Part shown: piece by piece, positions 39,301 to 54,300 of the stretch | Layout of the letters: the number at the start of each line of letters is the position of its first letter | How positions within the stretch are numbered: position 1 is the stretch's first letter | Assembly: GCF_004010195.1 (NCBI RefSeq) | Contig: NC_057720.1 | Location: 208,348 to 272,347 of the forward strand | Direction of reading: 5' to 3' | DNA from: Chiloscyllium plagiosum | Lineage: Eukaryota | Length of the DNA stretch: 64,000 nt | The notes under the pieces: generated by a model | Told to the model about the DNA's origin: nothing | Databases searched by the model: none | What the model saw: only the letters and a program-made list of their open reading frames with translations | Position numbers and translations under genes: made by a program

Positions 39301-42300
39301 CTCCAAAGCATCCACATCCTTCTGGTAGTTTGGTGACCAGAACTGTACACAATATTCCAAGTGTGGCCGAACTAAAGTTCTATAAAGCTGCAGCATAATT
39401 TGTCTATTCTTATACTCAATGTCCCTTCCAATGAAGGCAAGCATGCCACAGGCCTTTTCCACTCCTTTACCTATCTGCGCTGCCACCTTCAGTGATCTAT
39501 GGATCTGCACACCCAGATCCCTCTGCATATCAATGCTCCTAAGGGTTCTACCATACACTGTATAATTTCCACCTGTACTTGACCTTCCAAAATGCATCAC
39601 TTCACATTTGTCCGGATTAAACTTGATCTGCCATTTTTCTGCCAACACCTCCAATTGGTCTATATCCTGCTGTTGGAGGCAACACCCCCTCTGACTCCAC
39701 CAAGGGCATGCAAGTCCTGGGCCTCCTCCACCGCCAAATCTAAGCCACCTGACGACTGGAGGAAGAACACCTCATCTTCCGCTTTGGGATCCTTCAAACA
39801 CACTGCACCAACGTTGACTTTACTGGTTTCCTTATCTCCTCTTTTCCCACCTCATCCCAGATCCAACCCTCCAACTCGGCACCACCCTCTTCAACTGTCC
39901 TACCTGTCCATCATCCTTCCCACCTATCCACTCAACCCTCCTCTCCAACCAATCACCATTATTCCCACCTGCATCTACCTATCGCCTTCCCATCTACCTT
40001 CCCCATCCCCACCCTCCTATTTATCTCTCAGCTCCCTTCCCCAAACCCCATTCCTGATGAAGGGCTTATGCCCGAAACATCGACTCTCCTGATCCTCAGA
40101 TGTTGCCCCAACATCAACAATGCACCAATCAAATTACAGACAGTGACTGCTTTCTTCAAAGATCAGTTGATAAACGGTTTGGCATGTGGCAAAGACATCT
40201 TCAAAAAACAGGATTACAGCAGCACAGAATGGTCTGTGCCTGGAGGAGGCCATTCTGCCCACCATCTCTCTTCTGGTTCTGCAAGAGTAGTTCACTTAGT
40301 GACACTCCATAAGTTTTAGTTATGAAAATTGGCCATTTACCCCATCCAGTCTGAACTTCCATTCAATGAGATTATGGTTGACCTGATAAACCACAACTCC
40401 ACTAGCCTGCCTTCACCCTGTAGTCCTTCACATTCTCCTTTCCAAATAATGATCCAATTCTCTGTCGAGGGTCGTGATTGGATATACCTCCACTGCACAC
40501 TCAGGCAGTTCATTCCAAATACTAATAACTTAAAATGTAATAAATAGTACCTCCCATCATCATTTCTTTCTCAGCTAACTTCTTTAAAACTGAGAACTCA
40601 TGATCACAAAGAGAGTGGGGACAGTTTCTCACGATTAACCCTGTGAAGATCGCTGATGATTTTGAACATGTCCATCAGGTTGCTTTTCAGCCTTCCTTTC
40701 TCCAATGAAAATATTCCTAGCTGAGGAAGATAGGAACAGCAGGAGGCCATTCAGCCCACTGGCCTTGCCATATTATTCTAGATCATGGCTGCTCATCTAA
40801 TTCAATGCCATTATCTCCCCCATATTCTTTGATGTCCGTGGTATCCAGAAACCTATTGAACTCTGTCTTGAAGCTGCTCAATGACTGAGTTGCACAGCCC
40901 TCTGGGGTAGACAATTCCAAAGATTCCCCCAGTCTCTGAATGACATGATTCCTCCTCATCTCAATAACTTGCCCCTTATTATGAGACGGTGTCCCTGGTT
41001 TTAGGCTCACGAGCCGTCCAGGAGAAATATACTCTCTGTCACCCGAGCATGTCTTGTAAAAACTTCAGAAGTTTCAAAGGATCAATCTTGCATTCTTCAA
41101 AACTCTGGGGAATACAGTCACGATGATGACACAAAGATACGTGGAGGGACAGATAGTGCTGATGAAGTGGGGAGGCTGCAGCAGGACTTAGACAGGCTGG
41201 GAGACTGAGCAAAAAAGTGCCAGATGGAATACAATGTGTAAATGTATGAGGTTATGCACTTTGTTACAAAGAATGGAAGTACAGATTATCTTCTTAATGG
41301 GGAAAGGTTTTGGAAATATGAAACACAAAGTGACTTGGGAATTCCTGGTTGAGGATTCTCTTAAGGTTAACATGCAGGTTCCATTGGCAGTTAGGAAGGC
41401 AAACGCAATGTTAGCATTAATTTCAACAGGGTTAGAATACAAGAGCGCAGATGCACTGCTGAGGCTGTATGAGACTCTGGCCAGGCCACATTTGGAATAT
41501 TGTCAGCAGTCTTAGCTCCATATCTAAGGAAGGATGTGCTGGCATTGGAGGGCATCCAGAGGACGTTTACAGGAATGATCCTGGGGATGAAGGGCTTGTC
41601 ATATGAGGAGGGGTTGAGGACTCTAGGTCTGTACTCGATGGAGTTTAGAAGGCTGAGGGGGTGGATCGAGTGGACATGGGGAAGATACTTCCACCAGGAG
41701 GAGAGACTAGGACCCGAGGGGACAGCCTCAGGGTGAAGGGATGACCCTTTCGAACTGAGGTGAGGAAGGATATTTTCAGCCAGAAGGTGGGGAATCTGTG
41801 GAACTCAATGCCACAGAGGGCTGTGGAAGCCAAGTCACTGAGCGTTATTTAAGTCAGAGATACATAGATTCTTGATTAGTAAGGGGGTCAAGGGTTACAG
41901 GTACAGGGCAGGAGAATGGGGTTGAGAAACATATCAGAGCTGAAAATGTGTTGCTGGAAAAGCGCAGCAGGTCAGGCAGCATCCAGGGAACAGGAGAATC
42001 GACGTTTCAGGCATGAGCCCTTCCTCATTCCTGAAGAAGGGCTTATGCCCGAAACATCGATTCTCCTGTTCCTTGGATGCTGCCTGACCTGCTGCACTTT
42101 TCCAGCACCACTCTAATCAAGACTCTGGTTTCCAGCATCTGCAATCCTTGTTTTTACCATGTTGATTCTGCCTAATGTTGCATTATTTGCATAAATGTGC
42201 ATTAACATTTCCTTTATAACAGATACACACACACACGGACACACACGCGGACACCCATGCATTATTGTGAAAGGTACTCACAGGTTGTCCTGCCTCTCCA

Positions 42301-45300
42301 TCTTCACCTTTCTCACCAGAAATTCCATCTGTTCCCTGCAATAGATATCACATTTTACTTAATGCATACAAAACATCACAGACGTGTCACTCTCTCTAAT
42401 TACTTTTCTGAACCAATTTGCATAACATTCCTCTAATATTTAACTAGTTCCTGTTAACAAAAGCATTACAATGAGCCAGGTGTGTTCCTGTACAGTTAGT
42501 AAATGTAGGAAGCAATGCGGAGACCACTGCTATAATCAACGTCTGCTGTGCACAAACCAAAACTCAACGTTATTCCTTTATTTTGGTTCCATTTCTCCAA
42601 AATGATGAAGGTTTCTTTGTGACAGAACATAGTAAGCACCTGGCAGCACGGAGTTGAAAGAGGAAGGACTGGTACTTACTGATGGTCCTGGTTCCCCGGG
42701 AGGTCCTGGATCCCCAGGAAAACCAACAGGACCCTAAAGGAGAGAGCATCAACAGAAATGAACAGTACTGGGTTATTCAATAGACCCAACCCCACACCAT
42801 TCACAAGGACCACCCCCATCATCCAACACCACACCCATTAGCCCTCATGCTCCCATCACTCCCACCCCATCATTCCCCACATCACCACCCCACCCCTTCC
42901 TCATCATCCCAAACACACCCACCCTCCACCAACACCCATCAGCCCCATTCCCCCGAACTACCAGATCATACCCCTACACTTCCCACAGCCCACCCACCAC
43001 AGCCCAACACCAATCTCCCAGACACCCAAAACCCCACCTCTACACCCCTGAATGACCCACACCCTCAGATCCTGGCCTTAAACCTCTAACCCCATACTCT
43101 ACCTCTTAAAAATTCAGTCACGCCACCCCACACCCCCAAGCTCCTGCCCCAACACCAGACCAACCCCCGACATTTGGACTGTCGATGGGATGCAGGAGGG
43201 AATATCTGAGGGAGGTGTTGTGAGTGAGAATGAGAGCAATCGGGGGAGTGAGGTAGTGGTGGTGAAGAGGTTGGGAGGATAAGGGGAGTTTGACAGGTGT
43301 TTGAATGAAGAAGGGTGAAGGGGATGATGGAGAGTCGGGGAGTGACAGTCTGGATGGGTGAGGGAGTGAGGGTGAGCATGAGGCTTAGGGTTGGGAGTTT
43401 GAGGGGTGAGGAAGGTGCGAAGGGAGTTTAATGGTGGAAACGATAGGGACATAGAACATAGTGTCTCACTTACCGGGTTGCCTTTTGGCCCATCATCTCC
43501 TGGTGGGCCTTTGGGACCAGCCGGACCAGCTGCCCCTGGGGGCCCCGCCTCCCCCTTGTCACCGATATCACCTTTAGGCCCCTGAAACAGAGACACAAAA
43601 TGCTGATGAACCCATTGGACATCACTATAGACACAGCAAGAGGCCATGCAACCCCTCCATTGGACACGATTATAGGCACAGCAAGAGGCCATTCAGCTGC
43701 TCCATTGGACACCACTACAGGCACAGCAAGAGGCCATTCAGCCCCTCCATTGAACATCCCCAAAGGCACAGCGAGAGGCCAATACGCCCTTCCAGTTGGA
43801 TCTGTCAGGTCCTCAGGTCATGGCTGAACTGCACCAACCTTGTTTTCCACCTTAATCTCTCTCTCTCTAACTGAGTAAACCTCTCCTTCAGAATCTAAAT
43901 TTCCCAATTCACCCGATGACTCAAAACTCAGGAGATTACAGTCCAGTTGATTCAACCCGGCCTCATCATTAAATCCTTTCTGCCCCGGGATCATTCTGGT
44001 GAATCTGATCTGCCTCCTCTAAGGCCAGTCTCCCCTTCCTGAGGCATCAGGCCCAGAACTGAACCCAAAACATGTTTTTTTCACTTGTGGGACATTGGCG
44101 TATTTATTGCCCGTCCCTAGTTGCCCTCTTGAGAAGATGGGGGTGAGCTGCCTTCTTGAACCGCTGCAGTCCATGTGCTGTGGGTTGACCCGCAATGCCC
44201 TTAGGGAGGGAATTCCAGGATTTTGACCCAGCGACAGTGAAGGAATGGCGATATATTTCCAAATAAGGATGGTGAGCAACTTGGAGGGGAACTTGCAGGG
44301 GGTGGTGTTCCCATGAATCTGCTGCCCCTGTCCTTCCAGATCGAAGTGGTCATGGGTTTGGAAGGTCTGTCTGAGGAGCCTTGGTGAATTTCCATTGATT
44401 GTGATTCATAAAAACAATATAGATGAGAATGTGGGGGGATGATAATTAAATTTGAGGGTGACATAGATTGTCCAGGTGGTTGACAGTGAGGTGGAAGGTG
44501 ATGCGTTTACAGGAGGTTGGTCAGATGGGAGGTGGAGTTTACCCTGATAAATGTGAGGTGATGCACTTTGGCAGAAGTAACAAGAAAAGGAATGACTCAG
44601 TGAATGGCAGGACACTAGGAAACTTAAAGGAACAGAGGGATGTTGGGGAGCTTATGCACAGATGCCTGAAGGTAGCAGGACAGGGTTAATAGGGGAATTA
44701 AGAATGAACATTGGACACTTGCCTTTATCTGTTATGGGTAGATTATAACAGCAGGGAAGTTATGCTGGAGCTGTACCGGATCTTGGTGAGGCTTGGTTCC
44801 CACATTATAGGAATGATGTGATTGTACTGGAGGGGGTACAGAGGAGATTCACCAGGATGATCCCTGGGATGGAGTGTTTCAGTAATGAGGAGAGGCTAGA
44901 TAAGCTCGGGTTATTTTCTTTGGAGCAGAGAAGGCTGAGGGGTGACATGATTGAGATTTACATAACTGAAGGGTAGAGATAGAGTAGACATGGGGAACCT
45001 GTTTCCCTTGGCAGTGAGTTCTAGATAAACATTGTCCCATTGGACAGACACAGCATGGGTTCATGAAGGGCAGGTCACGCTTAACTAATCTACTGGAATT
45101 CTATGAAGATGTTCCAAGCAAGGTGGACACTGGGGACCCAGTGGATGTGGTGTATCTAGATTTCCAAAAGGCTTTCGATATGGTCCTGCACTAGAGGCTG
45201 CAGCATAAATAAAGATGCAAGGCATTACAGGCAATGTATTAGCATGGATAGAGGATTGGTTAACTAACAGGAAGCAATGAGTGGGGATAAATGAGTGCTT

Positions 45301-48300
45301 TTCTGGTTGGTGATCAGTGACTAGTGGTGTGCCTCAGGGATCAATATTGGGATGCAATCATTCACAATTTACATCGATGATTCTCAAAGTTTGCAGCTAA
45401 CACCAAGATGAGTGGGAGGGCAAAGTGTGCAGAGGACTGTGAAACTTTGCAGAGGAACATATACAGTTTAAGTGAGTGAGCAAAGGTCTGGTAGATGGAA
45501 TACATGTTAATGAATGTGAAGTCATCTATTTCGGTAGTTGAATGGTAAAAGGTTGCAGCATGCTGCTGTGCAGAGGGACCTGGGTGTCCTTGTGCATGAA
45601 TCACAGAGGGTCTGCAGGTACAACAGGTAATTAGGAAGGCAAATGGAATTTTGTCCTTCATTGCTAAAGGGATTGAGTTTAAAAGCAGAGAGGTTATGTT
45701 ACAGCTGTAGAGGGTGCTGGTGGGGCCACACCTGAAGTACTGTAGACAGTTTTGGTCTCCTTACATGAGAAAGGATGTACTGGTACTGGAGGGGGTGCAG
45801 AGGAGGTTCACTCGGTTGATTCCGGAGTTGGCATGTGAGGAGAGACTGAGTAAACTGGGATTATATTCATTGGAATTTAGAAGAGTGAGGGGGGACCTTA
45901 TAGAAACATAAAATTATGAAGGGAATAGATAAGATAGAAGTAGAGAGATTGTTTCCACTGGCGAGTGAAACTAGGACAAGAGGGCATAGCGTCAAAATGA
46001 GGGGGAGCAGATTTCGGACTGAATTGAGAAGTAACTTCTTCACCCAGAGGGTAGTGATTCTGTGGAATTCCCCGCCCAGTGAAGTAGTTGAGGCTACCTC
46101 AGTAAAAGTTTTTAAAACTAAGATAGATAATATATTGAACAATGAAGTAATTAAGGGATGCTTTGAGAGGGCAGGTAAATGGAGCTGGGTCCACGAAAAG
46201 GTCAGCCATGGTCTTAGTGAATGGCAGAGCTGGCTCGAAGGGCCATAAGACCTACTCCTGCTCCTGGTTCTTATGCTCTTATGTTCATATGAGTTCAAAA
46301 ACTAGGGGTCATAGATTCAAGCCACGTAGCAGAAGAATTAGAGGGGACATGATAAAAACATCCTTAGGCAGAGGGTGGTGGAGGGGTGTTTAGATTTCGC
46401 TGCCCAAGATGGTGGTATAGGCAGAGATCATAAACTCTTTCATAAAGTATCTGGATTTGCAGCTTAAATACTGTAACCTGCAGGGCTACAGGCAGTGTTG
46501 AGGAATATGGGATTGGAAATGACATCAGAGACAAGATGGGCTGAACGGCTACCTTCTATGCTGTTTCATTTCTGTGGTTCTCTGGCTCCAGATGTACATG
46601 GCTGTGTGTGGGGCATACACAAGACAAATAGAAAGCAGCTGTATCCCTTAGTTACAGGGTCAACAACAAGGGGTCTTCATTTCAAGTGGAAAGACAGGTG
46701 GTTTGGAGGGGATTTGAGAAAAATCTTTTCACCCAGAGGGTGGGGATCTGGGATACACTGCCTGGGAGGAGAGTTGAGGCAGGAAACCTCACAGCCTTTG
46801 ACAAGGACTTGAATGAGCATTTGAGGTGTCATAACATTCAAGGCCAAGGGCTGGAAATTGGGACTTGTGTGGATTTAGAGTAGTTTTTATTGGTACAGAC
46901 TCAATGGGCTGAAAGGCCTCTTCTGTCGTGTATGATTCTGTGACGCTATGATCTCGTAGATGGTGCACACTACTGCTACTGAACATCATCAGTAGAGGTG
47001 GATTTGGTAAATGTTCTTGAACAAAGTTTAAAAACTGCTAGATCAAGTGTTTTGCTGCTGTGAGGAAACTGGGATTGTTCTCCTTAGAGCAGAGAAGGTT
47101 CCGGGGGGTTTAACCGAGGTTTTCAAAACCATGGAGAGAGTTTGATGGAGTAAATCAAGAGAAAGTGTTTCCAGGGGCAGGAGGGTGAGGGAGCAGAGGG
47201 AGACAGATTGAAGGAAATCGGGAAGAAACCCTGGGGGGGAGGGAGGGGGATTGTTGTACACAGTGAGTTGTTGGGGTCTGGAAGGTGCTGCCTGAAAGGG
47301 CGGTGGGAGCAGATTCCATCAGAACTTTCACACAGGAACCGGGGGGGGGGGTGTGTGTAGATAGTGAGAAAGGAAAGTATTTCCTAGAGCTAGTGGGAAG
47401 GTATGGGGAAAGGGGATTAATCAGATAATCGTTAAAGGAGCCAGCAAAGGAACATTGGGTTAAAGACTCCATCCTCATGATTGTGGATGGAACAGAGGAT
47501 GTTCAGTGGACATTGGTGAGGCCACTTTTAGAAACTGCACACAATTCAGGTTGCTGTAAGAAAGATGTTGCGAAACTTGAGAGAATGCAGAAAAGATTGA
47601 CAAGGATATTGCAGAGACTGGAGGGTTTGAGCTATAGGGAGAGACTGAATAGGCTCAGGCTGTTTTCCCTGGAGTGTTGGAGGCTGAGGGGTGACCTTAT
47701 AGAGGTTTATAAAATTATGAGTGGCATGGATAGGGTAAATAGATAAATTATTTTTCCAAGAGTAAGGGAGTCCAAAACTAGAGAGCATAGGTTTAAGGGG
47801 AGAGGATAAAGATTTAAAAAGGACCTGAGGGGTAACTTTATCACACAGAGAGTGGTACGTGTATGGAATGAGTTGCCAGAGGAAATGGTAGAGGCTGGTA
47901 CAATTGCAACATTTAAAAGGTATCTGGGTGGGTATATGAATAGGAAGGGTTTGGAGGGTTATGGACCAATTGCTGGCAAATGGGACTGAGTCAGATTGGG
48001 ATATCTGGTCAGCATGGATGAGTTGGACCGAATGGTCTCAGCTACATGACTCTACTTTAACAAATTGAGACACAGCACTTTACTGATTCATGTCTTTCAA
48101 CTCTCTCCTCAACAATTTCCAAGTTTCTCTGTGAGTGTTCCCTCTGTTTTATCCTGGCTCTGTTCCCACTCCTGGGAAGCTAAGGGAAAGAATTGTGGCA
48201 AATGGAAGGTTCTGGTAGAGGAGAGATTTATCTGGATCCTGGCTCCTGCTCAATTCTCCAACGCTGAGTACCTCCCAGATCTGGCAGTGACTGTAACTCA

Positions 48301-51300
48301 ACAGCTCTTTGTATCTTAATGCATTATGTTTAAATCATCAGACACATGATCTGGCACAATGGAACAATGTGAAGGGAGTTGTATTGACTGCGCCGTTATC
48401 CACCATAGAACCAACCTGCACAGGAGGAGGCCATCCTGACCATCTTGCCCATGCTGTCTCTCCTCCCTGCTCTTTCCCTCTCAGCCTGCAATGTTTCTAT
48501 AATCCCTGTTGCAACTGGACACAATCCTCCTGCTGACAACTAGCAACTGATTTTTAAATTTTTAACAAATTCTTTGTTGTTGTATTGAATTTCTCCATTA
48601 ATAAAACATAGTGTCCACCGAAATCTTGATAGTATCCATCTCAACTCAGCCTCAACCTTCAGACATTTGTGTTTATATATCCCCAGGCCTCTCTGTCCCT
48701 GTTCATTTTCCCTCTCCTGATTCTCCCCACTTCATTACTTCACCTCTCTCTGCGGTTTATTAAAACTATCACAAATCTATCCAGATTGTCAAGATCCATT
48801 GCAGAATCATAGAATCCCAGAGTGTCTACAGTGAAGAGAAAGACCATTTGGCCCATTGTGCCTAGCATAGATTCTTTAAATGAGTATCATTCCCTAGTGT
48901 CAATCTCCTACCTTCCCCCCGTTCTCTTGCACACCATTTCTATCCAAATAACCAGCCAGTGTCCTCCCAAATGTCTCAATTGAACCTAATTCCACCACAT
49001 TTCCAGGCCTGCATTCCACACTCTATCTGCTGAGTGAAAAAGTTTTTTCTCCCATCATCCTCGCTTCTTTAACAGTTCTGTGTCCTCTCATTCTATTTTC
49101 CTTTTGCCAATGGGAACAGCTTCTCCCCATTTACTCCACAAGCTCGCTCATGATTTTGGAAAACTTTCTGAAATCTCCTCTTAGCATTCTTCAATGTATC
49201 CTCATAAATAAAGTTTCTCATTCCTAGAACCATTCTTGTGAATCTCTTCTGCATCTCTCTCTAATGCATTCACAACATTTACACATTGTGGTACCCACAA
49301 CTGTACTCCAGCCAATGTCTACCAAGCTTCTTGTACAAATCTGACATCGCTCCCTAGCCTTTGTACTATGCTGGCATAGAGTCAAAGGGTTTATACAGCA
49401 TGGAAACAGACCCTTCAATTCAACTTGTCCATGCTGACCAGATATCCTAAACTGACCTAGTCCCATTTGCCAGCACCTGGCCCCTCTCCCTCCAGACCCT
49501 TCCTATTCACATACTCATCCAGATGTCCTATTAAATGTTGCAACTGAGCCCACCTCCACCACCCCCTACAGCAACTCATTCAATACACACATCACCTTCT
49601 GCATAACTAAGTTGCCCCTCAGGTCCCTTTTAAGGAGGTCTTTCCATAACCTGTCCAGTTTCGGACTCCCCTACCCTGGGAAAAAGACCTTGGCTATTCA
49701 ACCTGCACCATTACGTCTCATGGCAACACTCCCCAGTGCCCTATTATTATCCATATACATCCTGCCCTGATTTACCTTTTCAAAATAGAGCGCCTCATAT
49801 TTATCTAAATAAAACACCATCTGTCACTCCTCAGCCCATTGGTCCACCTTGTCCAGGTCCCACTGTACTCTGAGATAACCTGTCCACTACACCACCTATT
49901 TTGGTTTCCTTCTCAGTTTACAATTCTCCCAAGTTTTTGTGTTATCTGTAAACTTTGAAACTGTCGCTTGCCTATCAAACCCCAAATCATTAACATACAT
50001 CGGGAAAAGCAAGGGTGCCAATACCAACTCCTGGGATCTCCTCCACCTACCTTCCTCTCATCAAAAACAATCCATTGATAGTTACTCTCTGTTTCCTATC
50101 ACTTAGCTAATTTTGCATCCATGTTGGAAAAATATTGGAACCAATTATTGAGGAACTATTAGCAGAACAGTTGGAAAACCATAATCTAACCAAGCAGCAT
50201 GGCTTTACAAAGGGGAAATTGTGTCTCAACCGGAGGTGGTCAAGGGGAACCTGTAGATGTGATGTATTTGGACTTCCAGAAGGTACACGACAAGATACCT
50301 CACCAAAGATTAAGTCATAAGGTAGAAGCTCAAGATAATAGAGACAGTATATTGACATGGATAGAGAACTGGCTCATGAGCAGAAAACCAGTGAGTAGCG
50401 ATAAGGAATTATTTTTCAGGTTGGTGAGCTAGGGCCAGTGGGATTCCGCAGGACAACTGTTTACAATATATATTATTAACTTGGAGGAAGGAAATAAATG
50501 TACTCTAGCCAAATTTTCAGATGCGCTACAATCGGTGGAAAGGCAGGTTGTGAAAGGGATACATTTCCATAGAGATATTGATAGATTAATTAAGTGGACA
50601 GAGTTGGCACATGGAATGTAATGTGGGAAAATGCAAAGCCGTTCATTTTGGAAGGGAGAATGAAAAAACAAGGTGCTATTTAAATGGAGAAAAACTGCAG
50701 AAAGTTGGAACACAAAGGAACTTGAGGATACTTGTGCTCAGAAAGCTAGCATCCAGGGACAGCAGGTAATCAGGAAGGCTAATGGAATGTTGGTCTCTAT
50801 TTCAAGGGGATTGGAAGATAAAAATAGGGAAGTCTTACTGCAACTATACAAGGTGCTGGGGAGGCCGTATCTGGAGCACTGCAAGCAGTTTTAGTCTCCT
50901 TGTTTAAGGATTGATATCATTTCATTGGAGGCAGTTCAGAGAAGATTCACTCAGATCCCCCGTATGGAGGGATTGTCTCATGTTGCAATGGTAAACAGGT
51001 TGGGACTGTACTCCCTGGAGTTTAGAATGAGAGGTGACCTCACGGAAACATATCGGATTCTTAAGGGGCTCGACAGGGTCAATGCTGAGAGGCTGTTTCC
51101 CCTCATGGGAGAGTCTAGGACCAGGGGACATAATCTCAGGCGAAAGGAGCCTGTTAAAGACTGAGAGGAGGAGGATCTTCTTCCCACAGGGGGTTGAGTT
51201 TTTGGAAATCCTTACTGCAGCGAGCTGTGGGGGGCAGAGTCCTTGTGTATATTTAAGGTTGAGATCGAGAGATTCTCGATCAGTCGGGGAATCGAAGGTG

Positions 51301-54300
51301 ATGGGGAAAGGGGCAGGAAAGTGGACGTGAGGAATATTGGATCAGCCATGATCCTATTGAATGGCAGAGAAGGTTTGAGAGATTGAATGGCCTCATCCCA
51401 TTCCTATTCCTGATGGTTTTATGGTTTCAATGTTTCTTTTATCACTTTTATTCCATTTTGTGACAAGTGTGTTCAAATCAATGCTGACTCCTAATCTTTT
51501 TCCTATCCCAAATAATTGTTTCTGGACCGTTCTTGTTCTCGTTCTGCAGACTCTTTTCTGAGTTTTTGTGTGAACTCTGAAAGTGCCCACAGTTTCCCCA
51601 AGGACAGATCAGTAATATATAGCCCCTGATGCTGACCCAAACACTGGAAACAAAGCTCTCTCCTTCCCCAGCCTTCCATCAGAAATCTACACACACCCTC
51701 TCACGGTTTGTTGTGTCATGGCCAATGGGTTTCCAGTTTAGTGGGTGATTTGCACTCCCATTGGACAGAGCAGTGCCTGACCAACTAAAACGGTGTCAAT
51801 GATAATCTGAGCAGCAGTACAGGATTGTCATTACAGGTTCCAGCTAATTCTGAATGAAAACCTAAACGGCAAAGTACACTTGTTTCTGGAAAGGTGCAGA
51901 AACTGATTGATAATTTCAGTTATCTCCATATTTTTCAGATCATTGACATTAGCTTGCTCATATTGCTGATGAATATTCATTTCTGTGATGTTAGAGTGAG
52001 GAATATGCCAGTCAGGAAACACTCTGTGCAACAAACACTACATTGGACAGATGGGCAGAAAACTAGCCACCAGGATGCATGAACTCCAACTAGCCACCAA
52101 AAAACATGACCAACTATTAGTAATATCCTTACATACAGATGAAGAATGCCATCACTTCGACTAGGACAACACATCCATCTTAGGACAGACTAAACAGAGA
52201 CATGTATGGGAATTCCTAGAGGCCTGGCATTCAAACCGGAACTCCATCAATAAACACATCAATTTGGACCCCATTTACCAATCTCTGAGAAAAAGAACCG
52301 GAAATGATATCACCCACCTTAACAGACCTAAATAGAAAGTGGGACATAACACCAGCCCTTCACCAGAGACTCACTGATGATATTATGTAGCATGGTGACC
52401 AAACGTCTGAAAATAAACCTGCCAAGTCAGTGAGCAAACTTACAACCTGAACACTCTGTGCTGCAGGCTGAATTCTGTGGTTGTGATTTCTGTGGGTAAC
52501 TCACCGATCGCCCCCTCTCTCCAGGTGGTCCTGGGTTACCAGCCTCCCCTGTCTCTCCCTGCAAACAGACAAAAAGATCAGTTAACAACATCCTGCGTCT
52601 GAACCACAGCAAGAGATTGATAGGCATTAGCAGAAAGATGAGAAGGGACTTGAGAAATTGGGAATGCCAATTGGGCACATGCTGCAGGAAAGAATTAGTT
52701 AGGGACACAGAAACTCTCATCCCATTTAAATAAACATCTGACATTGACCTGAGGCTGTCAATGGTGGGGGTATTTAAATGTCAGCACTAACTCAAAGGGG
52801 TGACACTCACCTTCTGTCTCAGAGTCAATGGGAAATTGTTACTAAAATGGTTGGAGTCCTGATGGATGGCAGTGTGAGGCTATAATGGACATGGCCCATT
52901 GGTAAGAGATAACAAGAGAGTTGGAATCTTAGGAGTAACATCAGGAACAACAGCAGTGAGAGGTTCTGCATCAAAGACCAGGTCCCCCCAACAACATCGA
53001 GAGAAAAATATAAAATCAATCAATGGAGGGACCCCATTCCCTGCCCGAAGGTCCCCCCATCCTGGCTTCTACTTGTAGGAAACTTCTTCATGACCCTGTC
53101 TGTACTTCCAAACATTCCCAAGCAATCCCACACATTTCCACATGGAGTCAGAGTTTATCTAACCAAACTACCCCACCCCAAACATTTTAGGAGCTGCTCC
53201 TTGTTTTGGGATTTGTGACCCTCCAGTCACTCAGGGAGCTTAAGGGGAGAATCTCCGAGGATGAGTGGGATTGAGGGCAGTCAGGGTGTTTGTTATTGAC
53301 ACCATTCCCAGTGATGCGTTTGTAAATTCCACAATTCAGAGCTACCAAAATCCAAGTAATTTTGAAAGAAAATCTCTCACCTTCTCACCAACACCACCAG
53401 GAGAACCAACACCACCAGATGGTCCTTGAGGTCCCTGAAAAAAAATGAGAGAAATGGAATTAAAGGAGAATGGTTCTGAGGGAGAGAGTGGTTACATTAT
53501 ATTAGATTTGTACTTACATCAGCCCCACTGGGTCCTTGAGGTCCTCTAGGACCAGGAGGTCCAGGTGGTCCCTGTAAGAACAAGATCAATGGGAATTAAT
53601 ATTCTCAAAACAAGCTTCCAATTCCAAATTTCACTGATTAAACTTTCACCAGCTGCTGTTCTGAGCCTTGACAGCATTAGATCTTACATCACAAGGTCAA
53701 TGGTGACATTATAGTCCACAATAAGAATCAACGAGGAGACCAATCGAACACAACGCTTCTGTAGTTACCAAACCAGCTTCTTACTCAAACTAAGGCTCCT
53801 CAATGAGAAACACAGGGATCCCAAAGGGTTACACAAACAGAGACATTAGGATAATTGGTGCGATTATCTTTTATTGGCGATGGCCACAGCCTGCTATTTA
53901 TGTGGCATAAATGTTACTTGTCATTTGTTGCCCAATGGGGGGGGGGCCTTCGGGCAAGGAATGGGGTCCCTCCATTGATTGATTTTGTATTTTTCTCTTG
54001 CTGTTGTTGGGGAAGGTGGTCTTTGATATTAGCCAGATGTTGTTGTATTTGGACATGGACTGCTTCAGTATCTGAGGAGTTGCGAATGGTGCTGAACATT
54101 GCGCAATCATCAGCCAACATCCCCACCTCTGACCTTATCATGGAGGGAAGGTCAGTGATGAAGCAGCTGTAGATGGTTGGACATTACCCTGAGGAACTCC
54201 TGCAGAGATGTCCTGGAGCTGAGATGACTGACTTCCAACAATCACAACCATCTTCCTCTGTGTCAGGCATGACTCTAACCAGCAGCGAGTTTGCCCCTGA

